A DNA stretch of 64,000 nt from an uncultured Ectothiorhodospiraceae bacterium (GTDB taxonomy: Bacteria; Pseudomonadota; Gammaproteobacteria; S012-40). Of this stretch, positions 1-10,445 are shown piece after piece. The stretch is taken from positions 24,367-88,366 of the forward strand of contig CALZJE010000008.1 of NCBI GenBank assembly GCA_945787715.1, read 5' to 3'. The position numbers and the translations under genes are program-made. Below the pieces are notes generated by a model. It did not search any database. It was not told the origin of the DNA and saw only the letters and a list, made by a program, of their open reading frames with translations. Positions within the stretch are counted from its first letter, which is position 1; every line of letters starts with the position of its first letter.

Positions 1-42
1 AAGCGACAAGACTATGATCAATTTCTTGCATCGCGAAGCAGA

Positions 43-1050
43 GTGACTAAGACACAAGATATTCCAAGCAAGCAATTTGATCATAGTGACGATTCCGATA
101 CAGAAAGATTGAATATATCAGAAGATAATTCAACTGACCAAAGTGCATTTACTACGGCAAACAATTTAAATGCAAAATTGCATGAACGGAAACCCAAAAG
201 GTCACTTGTCATATCTTTATCAGTAATGTTGTTCGGTGGCTTGGTAGCAATTTATCTGTATCAGCCAGAGATGAAGAAGCTTATTGCTTTTGGAGGGGGG
301 GGAAGTGAAGTCAATGAATCATTGATTCAAACAGCTACTGAATCTGCCGAGCTGGAGAAAATTCTAGAGCCTGTTGAATCAAAATTAGATCCTAAAGTAA
401 ATACGCTTAAAGAAATAGCATCTGCAGTGGAAGAGACTTTTATAAAGAATAATGACAGTGATTTATTGACTGATGTTTCGAAATCGTTAACCTCAGAGTC
501 AAAGTCACCTGTAAAACAAATGCTGCAAGCGAGAATAGAACAAGCTCCTGAAACTGTTTTTGCTGGTGAAAAGGGGCATACGGTAGATATTAGTTCGCGA
601 GCAGTTCTCAGTGGAGAAAAGTCGGCGATGCTATCTACAGCGCCTGTGTCGGTAGTGAATAGTGAAGCTGTAAATAAGATTTCATATACTGAATTAAAAT
701 CATTTGTTACCGATTTTTCTATCGCTTACGAAGAAGGAAATTTAAATGATTTGATGCGTTTTTTCACTAAGAACGCAGTTGTCAACAACACCAAAAGTAA
801 AAAAGCAATTAAAGCGGATTATGCTTCTTTATTCTCTTCCACGGATATGCGTGTAATTGATTTGCATGGGGTAAGTTGGGAAATTAAGAATCAAAAAGCG
901 ATTGGTCAAGGCGAGTTTTTGATTACTGTATTAAAAAAGGGCGCGGAGACAATGAAAAACTTTTCTGGAACTATCAAGTTGGAAGTGACGAAGTCAAAGG
1001 GTAAAGTGCGGTTAGCGGGTATGAAACATACCTACAGTCTTGAGAATTAG
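43..1050 (+). CDS. Hypothetical membrane-anchored protein. One TM helix (SLVISLSVMLFGGLVAIYLY) after an acidic N-terminus. No in-frame stop lies upstream, so the gene may begin before the window.
   Basis: Long ORF on the ORF track with GTG at 43. Reading frame is open back to base 1. Single hydrophobic segment. No recognisable family. Confidence 0.45.
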   Translation: MTKTQDIPSKQFDHSDDSDTERLNISEDNSTDQSAFTTANNLNAKLHERKPKRSLVISLSVMLFGGLVAIYLYQPEMKKLIAFGGGGSEVNESLIQTATESAELEKILEPVESKLDPKVNTLKEIASAVEETFIKNNDSDLLTDVSKSLTSESKSPVKQMLQARIEQAPETVFAGEKGHTVDISSRAVLSGEKSAMLSTAPVSVVNSEAVNKISYTELKSFVTDFSIAYEEGNLNDLMRFFTKNAVVNNTKSKKAIKADYASLFSSTDMRVIDLHGVSWEIKNQKAIGQGEFLITVLKKGAETMKNFSGTIKLEVTKSKGKVRLAGMKHTYSLEN

Positions 1051-1067
1051 GAAGCTTTCTGTTGATA

Positions 1068-1099
1068 TAAAAAAACGGCCTAGATAGGCCGTTTTTTTA
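1068..1099. terminator. Bidirectional rho-independent terminator between convergent genes
   Basis: AAAAAACGGCC-tagata-GGCCGTTTTTTT. GC stem flanked by an A-run and a T-run, so it works on both strands. It sits between the stop at 1050 (+) and the stop at 1112 (-). Confidence 0.7.
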
Positions 1100-1111
1100 T
1101 GGTGGTTCAAT

Positions 1112-2614
1112 TTAGTGTTTAATCTCGGTTTTTGTTGTTTGAATAATCTCGCCATTATTATCAACAGTTTCCAATACAGTGCTAAAGCCCCACAGACGAG
1201 TAAGATGTTTTAATACCTCATCTAACGTACCAGCAAGTGGTTTCCGGTTATATTGGTAGTGGCGGAGCGTTAATGTCCTATCTCCTCGCACGTCCACATT
1301 ATATATCTGGATGTTTGGCTCTATGCTACCTAGATTGTATTGGTCAGCTAGAATATGCCTTACTTTTTGATAACCAGTGGTGTTGTGAATAGCATTGACT
1401 TCGATGTGAGCTTCATCGTCATCATCGTTGAGGCCGAATAACCGCATCTGTCTTATTATTCGAGGTGAGAGATATTGGGATATAAAACTTTCATCTTTGA
1501 AGTTTCTCATGGCAAAATCCATTGTTTCTAACCAATCTGTATCGACAAGCTCAGGAAACCATTCACGGTCTTCAGTTGTTGGATTCTCACAGATATTTCT
1601 TATATCGCTCATTACAGAAAATCCCAATGCATAAGGGTTTAAGCCATTATAGTAAGGACTATCGAAACCTGGTTGCTTAATGACATTAGTATGTGACTGG
1701 AGAAACTCTAACATATAACCATCGTTAATCAGTCCTTCATCATACATTTGATTAAGGATTGTGTAATGCCAAAAAGTAGCCCAACCCTCATTCATAACTT
1801 TTGTCTGTTTCTGTGGGTAGAAATACTGAGATATTTTTCGAACAATACGGATGATCTCACGTTGCCATGGCTCCAATAGTGGGGCGTTTTTTTCAATAAA
1901 ATAGAGTATATTTTCTTGAGGGTCTAATGGAAATCTCCTTTCAACTTCCTCAGTTTTTGTGTCGTAATAATTGGGAATTGTTCGCCATAATTCGTTAATT
2001 TGCTGTTGTAAATATGCTTCTCTATCTTTTTGGCGAATTTGCTCTTCTTTCATAGAGAGCTGTTCTGGTCGTTTGTACCGATCCACACCAAAGTTCATTA
2101 ACGCATGACAGGAGTCTAGTATATTTTCAACAGCATCAACACCGTATCGTTGCTCACATTCTTTGATGTAGTTCTTGGAGAAGAGTAAATAATCAATTAT
2201 TGCATCTGCTGATGTCCACTGCTCGAACAGATAATTACCCTTGAAAAAAGAGTTGTGTCCATATGCTGCATGCGCTATCACCAATGCTTGCATGAGCATG
2301 GTGTTCTCTTCCATTAAGTAGGAGATGCAAGGATTAGAGTTTATGACAATTTCATAGGCTAATCCCATTTGCCCTCTACGATACTTTTTTTCAGTATCCA
2401 TGAAGTTTTTGCCATATGACCAGTGGTGATAACCGATAGGCATACCTGAAGAAGCGTAAGCATCCATCATTTGCTCAGCACTGATAACTTCGATTTGATT
2501 AGGATAGGTATCGAGTTTGAAGTTTTTAGCAATTCTTGCTATTTCATGATCATACGTATCAAGAAGCTCAAAAGTCCACTCAGAAGAAGTAGATAACGGT
2601 TTTCTTTTTTTCAT
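1112..2614 (-). CDS. ycgB: SpoVR/YcgB family protein
   Basis: 500 aa. N-terminus and overall length match the SpoVR family. Last gene of the prkA-yeaH-spoVR triad. Confidence 0.85.
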   Translation of the reverse strand: MKKRKPLSTSSEWTFELLDTYDHEIARIAKNFKLDTYPNQIEVISAEQMMDAYASSGMPIGYHHWSYGKNFMDTEKKYRRGQMGLAYEIVINSNPCISYLMEENTMLMQALVIAHAAYGHNSFFKGNYLFEQWTSADAIIDYLLFSKNYIKECEQRYGVDAVENILDSCHALMNFGVDRYKRPEQLSMKEEQIRQKDREAYLQQQINELWRTIPNYYDTKTEEVERRFPLDPQENILYFIEKNAPLLEPWQREIIRIVRKISQYFYPQKQTKVMNEGWATFWHYTILNQMYDEGLINDGYMLEFLQSHTNVIKQPGFDSPYYNGLNPYALGFSVMSDIRNICENPTTEDREWFPELVDTDWLETMDFAMRNFKDESFISQYLSPRIIRQMRLFGLNDDDDEAHIEVNAIHNTTGYQKVRHILADQYNLGSIEPNIQIYNVDVRGDRTLTLRHYQYNRKPLAGTLDEVLKHLTRLWGFSTVLETVDNNGEIIQTTKTEIKH

Positions 2615-2629
2615 CTGCTTACCTATTTT

Positions 2630-3910
2630 TTAGGATGCTGATTTCAATTCGTCTTTTTTCTTAAACAAATTACGTAGCACTGGGAATATGTCCGAAACTT
2701 CAACAATTTTTCTCATCGCAAAGTTTGAAAAGCTCTGTTCTACTTTTTCATATTCATGCCATAAGCTTTGATGGTTATCAGGTGTGATTTCTACGTAAGA
2801 ATAATATTGCACAAGCGGCATTATTTTCTCTGAGAGAATTTCTCTGCATGCGGGAGAGTCATCATACCAGTTGTCACCATCCGAGGCTTGAGCAATATAA
2901 ATATTCCAGTCATTGGTCGGGTAGCGGGTTGAAGCAATCTCATGCATAAGCTTTAGCGCGCTTGAAACAACCGTGCCGCCTGTTTCACGGGAGTAAAAGA
3001 ACTCTTGCTCTGTGACTTCTTTGGCCGTGGTATGATGGCTGATAAAAACTAACTCGATTTTTTCATAATTACGAGTGAGGAAAAGGTAGAGCAGAATGAA
3101 AAAGCGTTTTGCGATCTCTTTTTTCGATTGATCCATGGAGCCTGAAACATCCATGACACAAAACATAACAGCTTGAGTCGTAGGCTTCGGTACGTCAACA
3201 TGATTGTTGTAACGTAAATCAAATTCATCAATATAGGGGACCGATTTGATTTTTTTTTCGAGGAAAACAATTTGTTCTTTAAGAGCTTCAATCTTGGCAG
3301 TGTTGCTTGAAGTGTCTTTTAGAAGTTCCTCTAAATCCTCCTGACATTCTTTCAACTCTCGCTTATAGGGCGTCCTCAGTGCAATGCGTCGTGCATGCGC
3401 GTTTCGCAGGGAGCGTACAACATTAATGTTAGCAGGGATGCCATTTGCTTTAAATCCGGCTCTTGACTTCTTTTTATCATATATGGTGGTAACCTGTGTT
3501 TTTACCAGATTAGGGAGTTCCATATCTTCAAAAAAGAAATCCATAAATTCTTCTTTGCTGATTTCGAAAACAAATTCGTCTTGACCGTCTCCCGAATCTG
3601 ATGCTTGATTCCCTTGGCCCTTTCCGCTTTTTTGTTGGGGACGCTTGATTTTATCACCAGGAACAAACTCTTTATTCCCAGGGTGGATCATTTCACGTTT
3701 CCCACCCTGGCCATGATAGATTATCGGTTCAGATATATCTTTCGCAGGTATAGAAATAGATTCTCCACTTTCTATATCGGTGATGCTGCGGTTAGATATG
3801 GCATCGGTTACCGCTTTCTTTATTTGCGATTTGTAACGTTTTAAGAAGCGCTGACGATTAACCGCACTCTTGTTCTTTGCGTTAATACGCTTGTCTATTA
3901 GTCGAGTCAT
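2630..3910 (-). CDS. yeaH: YeaH/DUF444 family protein (vWA-like)
   Basis: 426 aa with a basic N-terminus (MTRLIDKRINAKNKSAVNRQRFLKRYK...). Typical DUF444 partner located between PrkA and SpoVR. Confidence 0.85.
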   Translation of the reverse strand: MTRLIDKRINAKNKSAVNRQRFLKRYKSQIKKAVTDAISNRSITDIESGESISIPAKDISEPIIYHGQGGKREMIHPGNKEFVPGDKIKRPQQKSGKGQGNQASDSGDGQDEFVFEISKEEFMDFFFEDMELPNLVKTQVTTIYDKKKSRAGFKANGIPANINVVRSLRNAHARRIALRTPYKRELKECQEDLEELLKDTSSNTAKIEALKEQIVFLEKKIKSVPYIDEFDLRYNNHVDVPKPTTQAVMFCVMDVSGSMDQSKKEIAKRFFILLYLFLTRNYEKIELVFISHHTTAKEVTEQEFFYSRETGGTVVSSALKLMHEIASTRYPTNDWNIYIAQASDGDNWYDDSPACREILSEKIMPLVQYYSYVEITPDNHQSLWHEYEKVEQSFSNFAMRKIVEVSDIFPVLRNLFKKKDELKSAS

Positions 3911-3925
3911 ATTACAACCCTTCTA

Positions 3926-5848
3926 TTATGAAGATTTTCTAACGCGCAAATACCATTCACAAAGTAATCTGACTTGCTTAGCTGTGTAGCTTTTACCTTT
4001 CATGCGGTTGATAAAGTCTTCGTGTTTTTTCTTATCATCTGTAGATGATTTTGCATTGAACGAGATAACCGGAAGCAGTTCCTCTGTATTTGAGAACATT
4101 TTCTTCTCAATAACATTGCGAAGTTTTTCGTAACTGCTCCAAACTGGATTTTTACCTTTGTTATTTGCCCTAGCACGGAGCACAAAGTTTACGATTTCGT
4201 TACGGAAGTCTTTGGGATTGCTGATGCCCGCTGGCTTTTCAATTTTCTCAAGTTCTTCGTTTAATGAAGCACGACTAAATATTTCACCCGTATCTGGGTC
4301 GCGGTAGTCTTCATCTTGAATCCAGTAATCTGCATAAGTAACATAGCGATCAAAGATGTTTTGACCATATTCTGAGTAGGATTCAAGATATGCTGTTTGA
4401 ATTTCTTTACCAATAAATTCAACATATTGTGGAACCAGGAATCCTTTAATGGAGGATAAGTATTTTTCTTCGAGTTCCGGTGGAAACTGTTCTTGCTCTA
4501 TCTGTTGTTCCAGTACGTAGAGAAGATGAACTGGATTTGCTGCCACTTCAGAACTGTCATAATTAAAAACACGTGAAAGAATTTTAAATGCAAAACGGGT
4601 AGATAGACCATTCATGCCTTCATCGACACCAGCGTAATCGCGATATTCTTGATAGGATTTTGCATTCGGGTCAGTATCTTTCAGGTTTTCACCATCGTAT
4701 ACCCGCATTTTGGAAGTTAAGCTTGAGTTTTCTGGCTCTTTCAAACGCGATAGAACGGCAAATTCTGCCATCATTTTTAGTGTGTCAGGTGCGCATGGAG
4801 CATTAGATAAAGAACTGTTTTTTAGTAATTTTTCATATATTTTGACTTCGTCAGAAACACGTAAACAATAAGGGACTTTAACAATATAAATCCTATCTAA
4901 AAATGCTTCGTTGTTTTTGTTGTTTTTAAAAGTCACCCATTCTGATTCGTTAGAGTGAGCGAGAATGACTCCATCAAATGGAATGGCAGAAAGACCTTCA
5001 GTGCCTTTGTAATTGCCTTCTTGTGTAGCAGTTAGTAGAGGGTGAAGCACTTTGATTGGTGCTTTAAACATCTCTACAAACTCTAGTAGGCCTTGATTAG
5101 CAAGACAAAGGCCGCCAGAATAACTGTAAGCATCGGGGTCATCTTGAGAAAATTCTTCAAGTTTTCGGATATCAATTTTACCTACGAGCGACGAAATATC
5201 CTGATTATTTTCATCACCTGGTTCAGTTTTAGCGATAGCAATTTGCTCAAGAACAGAGGGACGAATTTTTACAACTTTGAATTTAGTGATGTCTCCATTG
5301 AATTCGTGAAGACGTTTTACTGCCCATGGGGACATTAGTCCGGTTAAATAGCGAGACGATATTCCGTAATCTTCTTCTAATATTTGAGCATCTTCTGAAG
5401 GGGAGAATAGACCTAACGGTGATTCATGGACAGGGGAGTCTTGTATCGCATAGAACGATTCTTTTTGCATGAGTGATTTTAGCTTTTCGGCTAATGAAGA
5501 TTTTCCTCCACCAACGGGGCCGAGAAGATAAAGAACTTGTTTCTTCTCTTCCAATCCTTGCGCGGCATGTTTAAAGTAAGAGACGATCTTTTCGATTGTG
5601 TCTTCCATTCCATGGAAATCTTTAAACGCAGGGTAGCGTTTAATTATTCGATTGGAGAACAAGCGACTGTAACGTGGGTCTGTTCTTGTATCAAAATGCT
5701 CTGGCTCTCCGATGGCTTTTAACATGCGTTCAGCAGCTGAAGCATATACATCGGGGTTGCTCTTACAAAGCTCTAAATACTCTTGGATGCTCATCGTTTC
5801 TTCTTGAGAGTCATCAAAACGTTCTTTGTATTGTCTGAATATGCTCAT
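3926..5848 (-). CDS. yeaG: PrkA family serine protein kinase (YeaG)
   Basis: 640 aa. Walker A motif LLGPVGGGKSS. Canonical PrkA N-terminus MSIFRQYKERF. Confidence 0.9.
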   Translation of the reverse strand: MSIFRQYKERFDDSQEETMSIQEYLELCKSNPDVYASAAERMLKAIGEPEHFDTRTDPRYSRLFSNRIIKRYPAFKDFHGMEDTIEKIVSYFKHAAQGLEEKKQVLYLLGPVGGGKSSLAEKLKSLMQKESFYAIQDSPVHESPLGLFSPSEDAQILEEDYGISSRYLTGLMSPWAVKRLHEFNGDITKFKVVKIRPSVLEQIAIAKTEPGDENNQDISSLVGKIDIRKLEEFSQDDPDAYSYSGGLCLANQGLLEFVEMFKAPIKVLHPLLTATQEGNYKGTEGLSAIPFDGVILAHSNESEWVTFKNNKNNEAFLDRIYIVKVPYCLRVSDEVKIYEKLLKNSSLSNAPCAPDTLKMMAEFAVLSRLKEPENSSLTSKMRVYDGENLKDTDPNAKSYQEYRDYAGVDEGMNGLSTRFAFKILSRVFNYDSSEVAANPVHLLYVLEQQIEQEQFPPELEEKYLSSIKGFLVPQYVEFIGKEIQTAYLESYSEYGQNIFDRYVTYADYWIQDEDYRDPDTGEIFSRASLNEELEKIEKPAGISNPKDFRNEIVNFVLRARANNKGKNPVWSSYEKLRNVIEKKMFSNTEELLPVISFNAKSSTDDKKKHEDFINRMKGKSYTAKQVRLLCEWYLRVRKSS

Positions 5849-6450
5849 AATAGGCTACCTCTAAAGTTGCTAGCCGAATTGAAAAACGTACGACTAATTT
5901 TTGTAGATTCAACACAGTTTACGGAGCAATAACCAAGCCAGAAGAGTGTGTGTTTGAATCTAATGCTACAAAACAAGGTGACTGATTTTGTTGCATTTTT
6001 GTACCTGTTTATTAGACATTGATGCAAGAGGTATGTTTCTCTAAAAGATTGAAATATTGATGAAATGGGATAGTAAATGGTGAAATATCTCTCATTTTTC
6101 AAACGTGAACTTCAATGCGTTATTAGAAATAATTACCTGATAAAAATGAATATTCAAAAGAGAAAGAGTGTCTTAAATGATTTGCGATGTATTGAATTGC
6201 GCTTACCCAAATAAAATTAATGAGGGTGAATAAATTTTCATATTTGCGCTGAGCTTTAATTTATTCTTGAATAGTAAATGCAGGAGAGGAATGAAGAGTG
6301 AAATTTCACTAATTAATGTTATTTCAATTAATCTTAAAAATGCTGTTGGTTTTCTTTTAAAAATTTTTCAGACAAATTCTTCGCCATCTTGCAATGTGTT
6401 TTGTCAATAGATTGTCACAAAATTAATCCCTATAAGCAGAGGAGGATAGT

Positions 6451-6900
6451 GTGAAAATACCGTTGCAAATATCTACTCGAAAACTTTCACTTTCAAATGT
6501 TGCATTAAATGTAATCAGATCAAAATCGAAAAAGCTAGAAAAATTTTATGACCAAATAATCGCTTGTCGCATTATGGTTGAAGCTCCACACAAGCATAAA
6601 TCCCAAGGTTCACTCTATAATGTAAGCATCGATATTTCAGTTCCTGGTGCAGATTTGGCGGTAAAAAGAGAAGCAAACGAAGATGTTTATATAGCAATTC
6701 GTGATGCTTTTGATTCTGCTCGACGTCAATTATTACACTATAGTCGAAGAAAAAATAAAAAACATATGGTTAATTCAAGAGAGTATTCTACTACCTCTAT
6801 TTCCGTTGTTGATAAAGAGTTAGAGATGAATTTTTTGAGCAATATGGAAACTATCTCTATTTCTGATGTTGAGTACGATAAAGTAGCACACAATTATTAG
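6451..6900 (+). CDS. hpf: Ribosome hibernation promoting factor / RaiA (sigma-54 modulation protein) family
   Basis: The KLEKFYDQI and VYIAIRDAFDSARRQL motifs align with E. coli HPF (KLEQYFDRI, MYAAIDGLIDKLARQL). GTG start with GGAGG Shine-Dalgarno upstream. Confidence 0.65.
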   Translation: MKIPLQISTRKLSLSNVALNVIRSKSKKLEKFYDQIIACRIMVEAPHKHKSQGSLYNVSIDISVPGADLAVKREANEDVYIAIRDAFDSARRQLLHYSRRKNKKHMVNSREYSTTSISVVDKELEMNFLSNMETISISDVEYDKVAHNY

Positions 6901-7164
6901 TGGTTTGGTATTGAAACCAAAATAAGTTAATTGACATGTTCCCGAGGAGAGTTTCTTGCTCTCCTCAAACTTTTTGCCACAAAAACCAATCTTAGTATTT
7001 TGCAAGAAAACTCCTTTGTATAACGCAAAAGTCTCTTGTAAATTCAATATTAATTCGAAAACTCTCTTCAAGTGATTAATAACATTATCTATTCCGAATT
7101 GGTTAAAGTTAACGCATGAATTTGTCGAAATGTTAGCAAGCAAGGCAATAAATGGCAGTTCATA

Positions 7165-7893
7165 ATGGCAAGTAATCCCTATAAAAACGTGAGATCTGAT
7201 GAATCAGATGCGATGATTGTAAAACATGCACCTTTAGTAAAAAGAATTGCATACCATTTAATGGCACGACTCCCTTCCTCAGTTGTTGTTGATGACTTGA
7301 TTCAAGCTGGCATGGTGGGTTTGCTCGAAGCTTCTCGAAATTATAAACCAGATTTAGGTGCGAGTTTCGAGACATATTCAGGAATTCGTATTCGTGGTGC
7401 TATGCTAGATGAGCTACGGCGAAACGATTGGGCGCCAAAATCAGTGCATCGTAAAACACGGGAAATGGCAAAAGTTGTGCGCGAAATAGAAGCACGTACT
7501 GGTCGAGATGCGAGGGATGATGAAGTAGCGAAAAAGATGGAAATCACAATCGATGAATATTATAAAATATTACAAGACTCCAGTAACACAAGAATATATG
7601 GGTTGGAAGAGCTCGGGGTGGATGATGATGCGATCGAGCTGGGATTGACTGACCGAAATACTGGTCCGTTTGAATCAATTTCCAGCGAGAGGTTTAAAGG
7701 TAAATTAACAGAAGCGATTGCAGGCCTTCCTGAAAGAGAAAAAATGGTTGTTACTTTATATTACGACTCTGAATTGAATTTGAGAGAAATTGGCTCTGTG
7801 CTAGGTGTTAGTGAATCAAGAATCAGTCAACTGTTAAGCCAGGCGATGATTCGCTTAAGGGCTCGTATGAAAGAGTGGATTGGCAGGGAATAG
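7165..7893 (+). CDS. fliA: RNA polymerase sigma-28 factor FliA
   Basis: 242 aa. Sigma-70 regions 2, 3 and 4 are recognisable (DLIQAGMVGLLEASRNY...; LNLREIGSVLGVSESRISQL). Size and motifs are typical of FliA. Confidence 0.85.
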   Translation: MASNPYKNVRSDESDAMIVKHAPLVKRIAYHLMARLPSSVVVDDLIQAGMVGLLEASRNYKPDLGASFETYSGIRIRGAMLDELRRNDWAPKSVHRKTREMAKVVREIEARTGRDARDDEVAKKMEITIDEYYKILQDSSNTRIYGLEELGVDDDAIELGLTDRNTGPFESISSERFKGKLTEAIAGLPEREKMVVTLYYDSELNLREIGSVLGVSESRISQLLSQAMIRLRARMKEWIGRE

Positions 7894-8194
7894 AACGTTC
7901 TATTGATTATACGCCATTATCGATTTCAAATTATGTGCTTCTAATCTCTCATGTCGTATTTTGGTAAAGTCAATGAAAGTGAGAAATATATTTGCATACC
8001 AAAATAAAAAATAAATTTCTGGTGTAAAATGCAATATTCTGGTTGGAAAATTGCGTACATAAATGCCCTGAGTGTTTATGATAGCACTCACATTTTTCGA
8101 ATTAAAAAGATATTATTTTTGTAAATGATGCGTTAAAATTATTACCCTTCCTAATTTAATTTATAGAAGAATTTTGTGATTGTTTCGGTTAGAT

Positions 8195-8638
8195 ATGATT
8201 AATATACACAAAGAAAATTCTCAAGAATTATACGAAGATAATTTCTTGCGTATTCGTACACTATTGCCTGACTTACAAATATTTGAACACGTGACTTTAT
8301 CAAGCGAAGATCACTACGTTCAGCTATGTGTTGATGTGTTAGAGCGTACGCCGTATACAATGCTTCTCAGTTTTTCATCACGTTATGGTGCGCAATATCA
8401 GCATGTGCCGGAAACGAAAATTCAAGTCAGGATGTATTATGATGCGGAGGTGGCTGAAGTGTTAACCGTGCAGGGTCATCGTCATATTAGACCTCATTAT
8501 AAATATCCTAACACAAGGATGTATGTTCCTGATGAGAAAAAACAGGGCAATCATTTACTCACTGAAATGTTGCTTTTCTGTGTTAAGAATAATTATAAAA
8601 AATCCTACCTGGATCAGCCCATCGTTATGAACAATTAA
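8195..8638 (+). CDS. DUF1249 (YqiB-like) protein
   Basis: The motifs LRIRTLLPDL, VRMYYDAEVAEV and YKYPNTRMYVPDEKKQ resemble YqiB family blocks. Start taken at the first ATG (M6 of the track ORF, which begins at a TTG). Confidence 0.5.
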   Translation: MINIHKENSQELYEDNFLRIRTLLPDLQIFEHVTLSSEDHYVQLCVDVLERTPYTMLLSFSSRYGAQYQHVPETKIQVRMYYDAEVAEVLTVQGHRHIRPHYKYPNTRMYVPDEKKQGNHLLTEMLLFCVKNNYKKSYLDQPIVMNN

Positions 8639-9089
8639 TTGTTATTCAAACAATTAACCACCTCTAGTTGTGATCTTTTTAGTAATAATATCGTCGTACT
8701 GATTCCTTAGCTTCTTATATGTAAATATCCATTGGACACACACGCCTGTGTCGCCTATAGCATGTACTATTGGTGTTTTTGGTTGATAGTTCCAGATGCA
8801 ATCTAACGTTTATATCAGTATAAACGTACCTGCGCGCATCTTAAGGTTGGACCGTGTTATAAACATTTTACGTTTAATTATATTGGATAATCTCTAATTT
8901 CTGTCGGTATCCTCCTTAATACTGAGATTTGATTGGTACAAAGAAAGATCATCAGTTGGCTGTATAGATGTTTCACTTTGTATTGTGAATGATTTCACGT
9001 TTTTTCTGTTGTGCGTTCTAAAATAAGATATAGGAGGGACGTAAAAGGTTGTAAGTAACAGTGTTACGAAACTTGTAATCGGGAGAATA

Positions 9090-9284
9090 ATGATGGGTAG
9101 GGTTTACTATAAAGATGGTCCTAATGGTGTTCCAAATGAACATCTGACAGCTGAAGATACACAATATAATGATCCAGCGTCTTTACATATTACGGAAGAG
9201 TGGGACACCATAATGGAAGATTTTTTGGATGATTTTGATGATTATCAAGATGTGAATTTTCCTGCATCTGATGATGATATTTGA
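9090..9284 (+). CDS. Small acidic hypothetical protein (64 aa)
   Basis: GGGAG Shine-Dalgarno 8 nt upstream of ATG. Very acidic C-terminus. No family recognised. Confidence 0.3.
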   Translation: MMGRVYYKDGPNGVPNEHLTAEDTQYNDPASLHITEEWDTIMEDFLDDFDDYQDVNFPASDDDI

Positions 9285-9316
9285 AAAATGAGCGCATAGT
9301 TATTTAACGATTGAAA

Positions 9317-10213
9317 CTATGCGCTTTCTTTGTTTTTTATTTCGTTGAGTAGGCTCATCATGGCTAACGCTGCATTTGAAGCTGTGCGTTGTCGATGTTG
9401 CACATAACCAAGCTTACGAGATAACGAGAAATGCGGAATATCTAATACCGTTAAATCTTCGTCTATCATTGTACATGGCAATACACTCCAGCCTAAGCCC
9501 ACAGACACCATCATCTTAATTGTTTCCAGATAATTTGTTGATAACTTGGTTGTAACAGTTAAGCCAGTGTCGAGAAATAGCTTATCAATAATTTGATAGG
9601 TATATGTGCCTTTTTCTGGTAATAATGCGTTGAATTTGGTGAGTGCCTTCAGATCAATATTTTTCTGTGCTGCTAATGCATGATTATTTCCAACCACCGC
9701 TCGCATATCATCTACCCAAATTAACTTTGTTATTAGGGCATCTGATGAGGAGAGTGGGAGAGTGATAATTCCCATATCCAATTCCGCTTGTTGTACTTTT
9801 TCACAAACTTGCTCCGAACTCATAAAATGGAGTTCTAATTCTACATTGTTATGGCGTTGTCCAAACTCACGAAGAACTGGCGGCAAATGGTGTAGCCCAA
9901 TATGATGGCTTGTTCCCAATCGAAGAATACCTTCGATTTTTCCTCCAATATTGTTAGCTAGAAGTGCTGCTTCTTCAATCGTCTCAAGTATGTGTTTGCA
10001 TTTAGGTAATAGAATCTGGCCTGTTTCTGTCAGAATGATTTTCCTTCCTAGGCGATCAAACAGCTTTTCAGATAAGTTTTCTTCAAGTATTGCGATGCGT
10101 TTGCTTATTGCGGGTTGAGTAATACGGAGGGATTCAGCTGCTTTACTAAAAGAACCATATTCCGCAATGCTTGTGAAAGCTCTTATGCTTGGGATGTCAT
10201 CAAAGGGGAGCAT
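9317..10213 (-). CDS. LysR family transcriptional regulator, divergent from leuC
   Basis: N-terminal HTH (FSKAAESLRITQPAISKRIAILE) followed by a LysR substrate-binding domain. 298 aa. Confidence 0.85.
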   Translation of the reverse strand: MLPFDDIPSIRAFTSIAEYGSFSKAAESLRITQPAISKRIAILEENLSEKLFDRLGRKIILTETGQILLPKCKHILETIEEAALLANNIGGKIEGILRLGTSHHIGLHHLPPVLREFGQRHNNVELELHFMSSEQVCEKVQQAELDMGIITLPLSSSDALITKLIWVDDMRAVVGNNHALAAQKNIDLKALTKFNALLPEKGTYTYQIIDKLFLDTGLTVTTKLSTNYLETIKMMVSVGLGWSVLPCTMIDEDLTVLDIPHFSLSRKLGYVQHRQRTASNAALAMMSLLNEIKNKESA

Positions 10214-10445
10214 AATATTAGATATTCCAATTTAGCATGTGACTTATTAATAATATGAATTTGAGTTATGTGAGTCAACTGTTTAGACTCTTAGTTGCTT
10301 AAGTTTCGGAGTTCAAATTTTCTTAAATAGCTGCAATAAACATGGTGTATGTACAATATGAAAGCATCGGCAGCATGGATGCTGCCGTCGAGCTTACACG
10401 GAAGTATTCACAGCGAGCTAGTTAGAATTAACGATAGAGGACATT

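Noticed and set aside
3049-5722. Several 60-80-aa nested ORFs inside yeaH and prkA on both strands
   Set aside because: They are fully embedded in long, well-supported CDSs with recognisable family motifs.
5960-6000. Sigma-54-like -24/-12 element upstream of prkA
   Set aside because: GGTAC-N5-TGCA has the GG-to-GC spacing one base short of the invariant sigma-54 spacing, and has T in place of the conserved C. Kept only as a low-confidence note.
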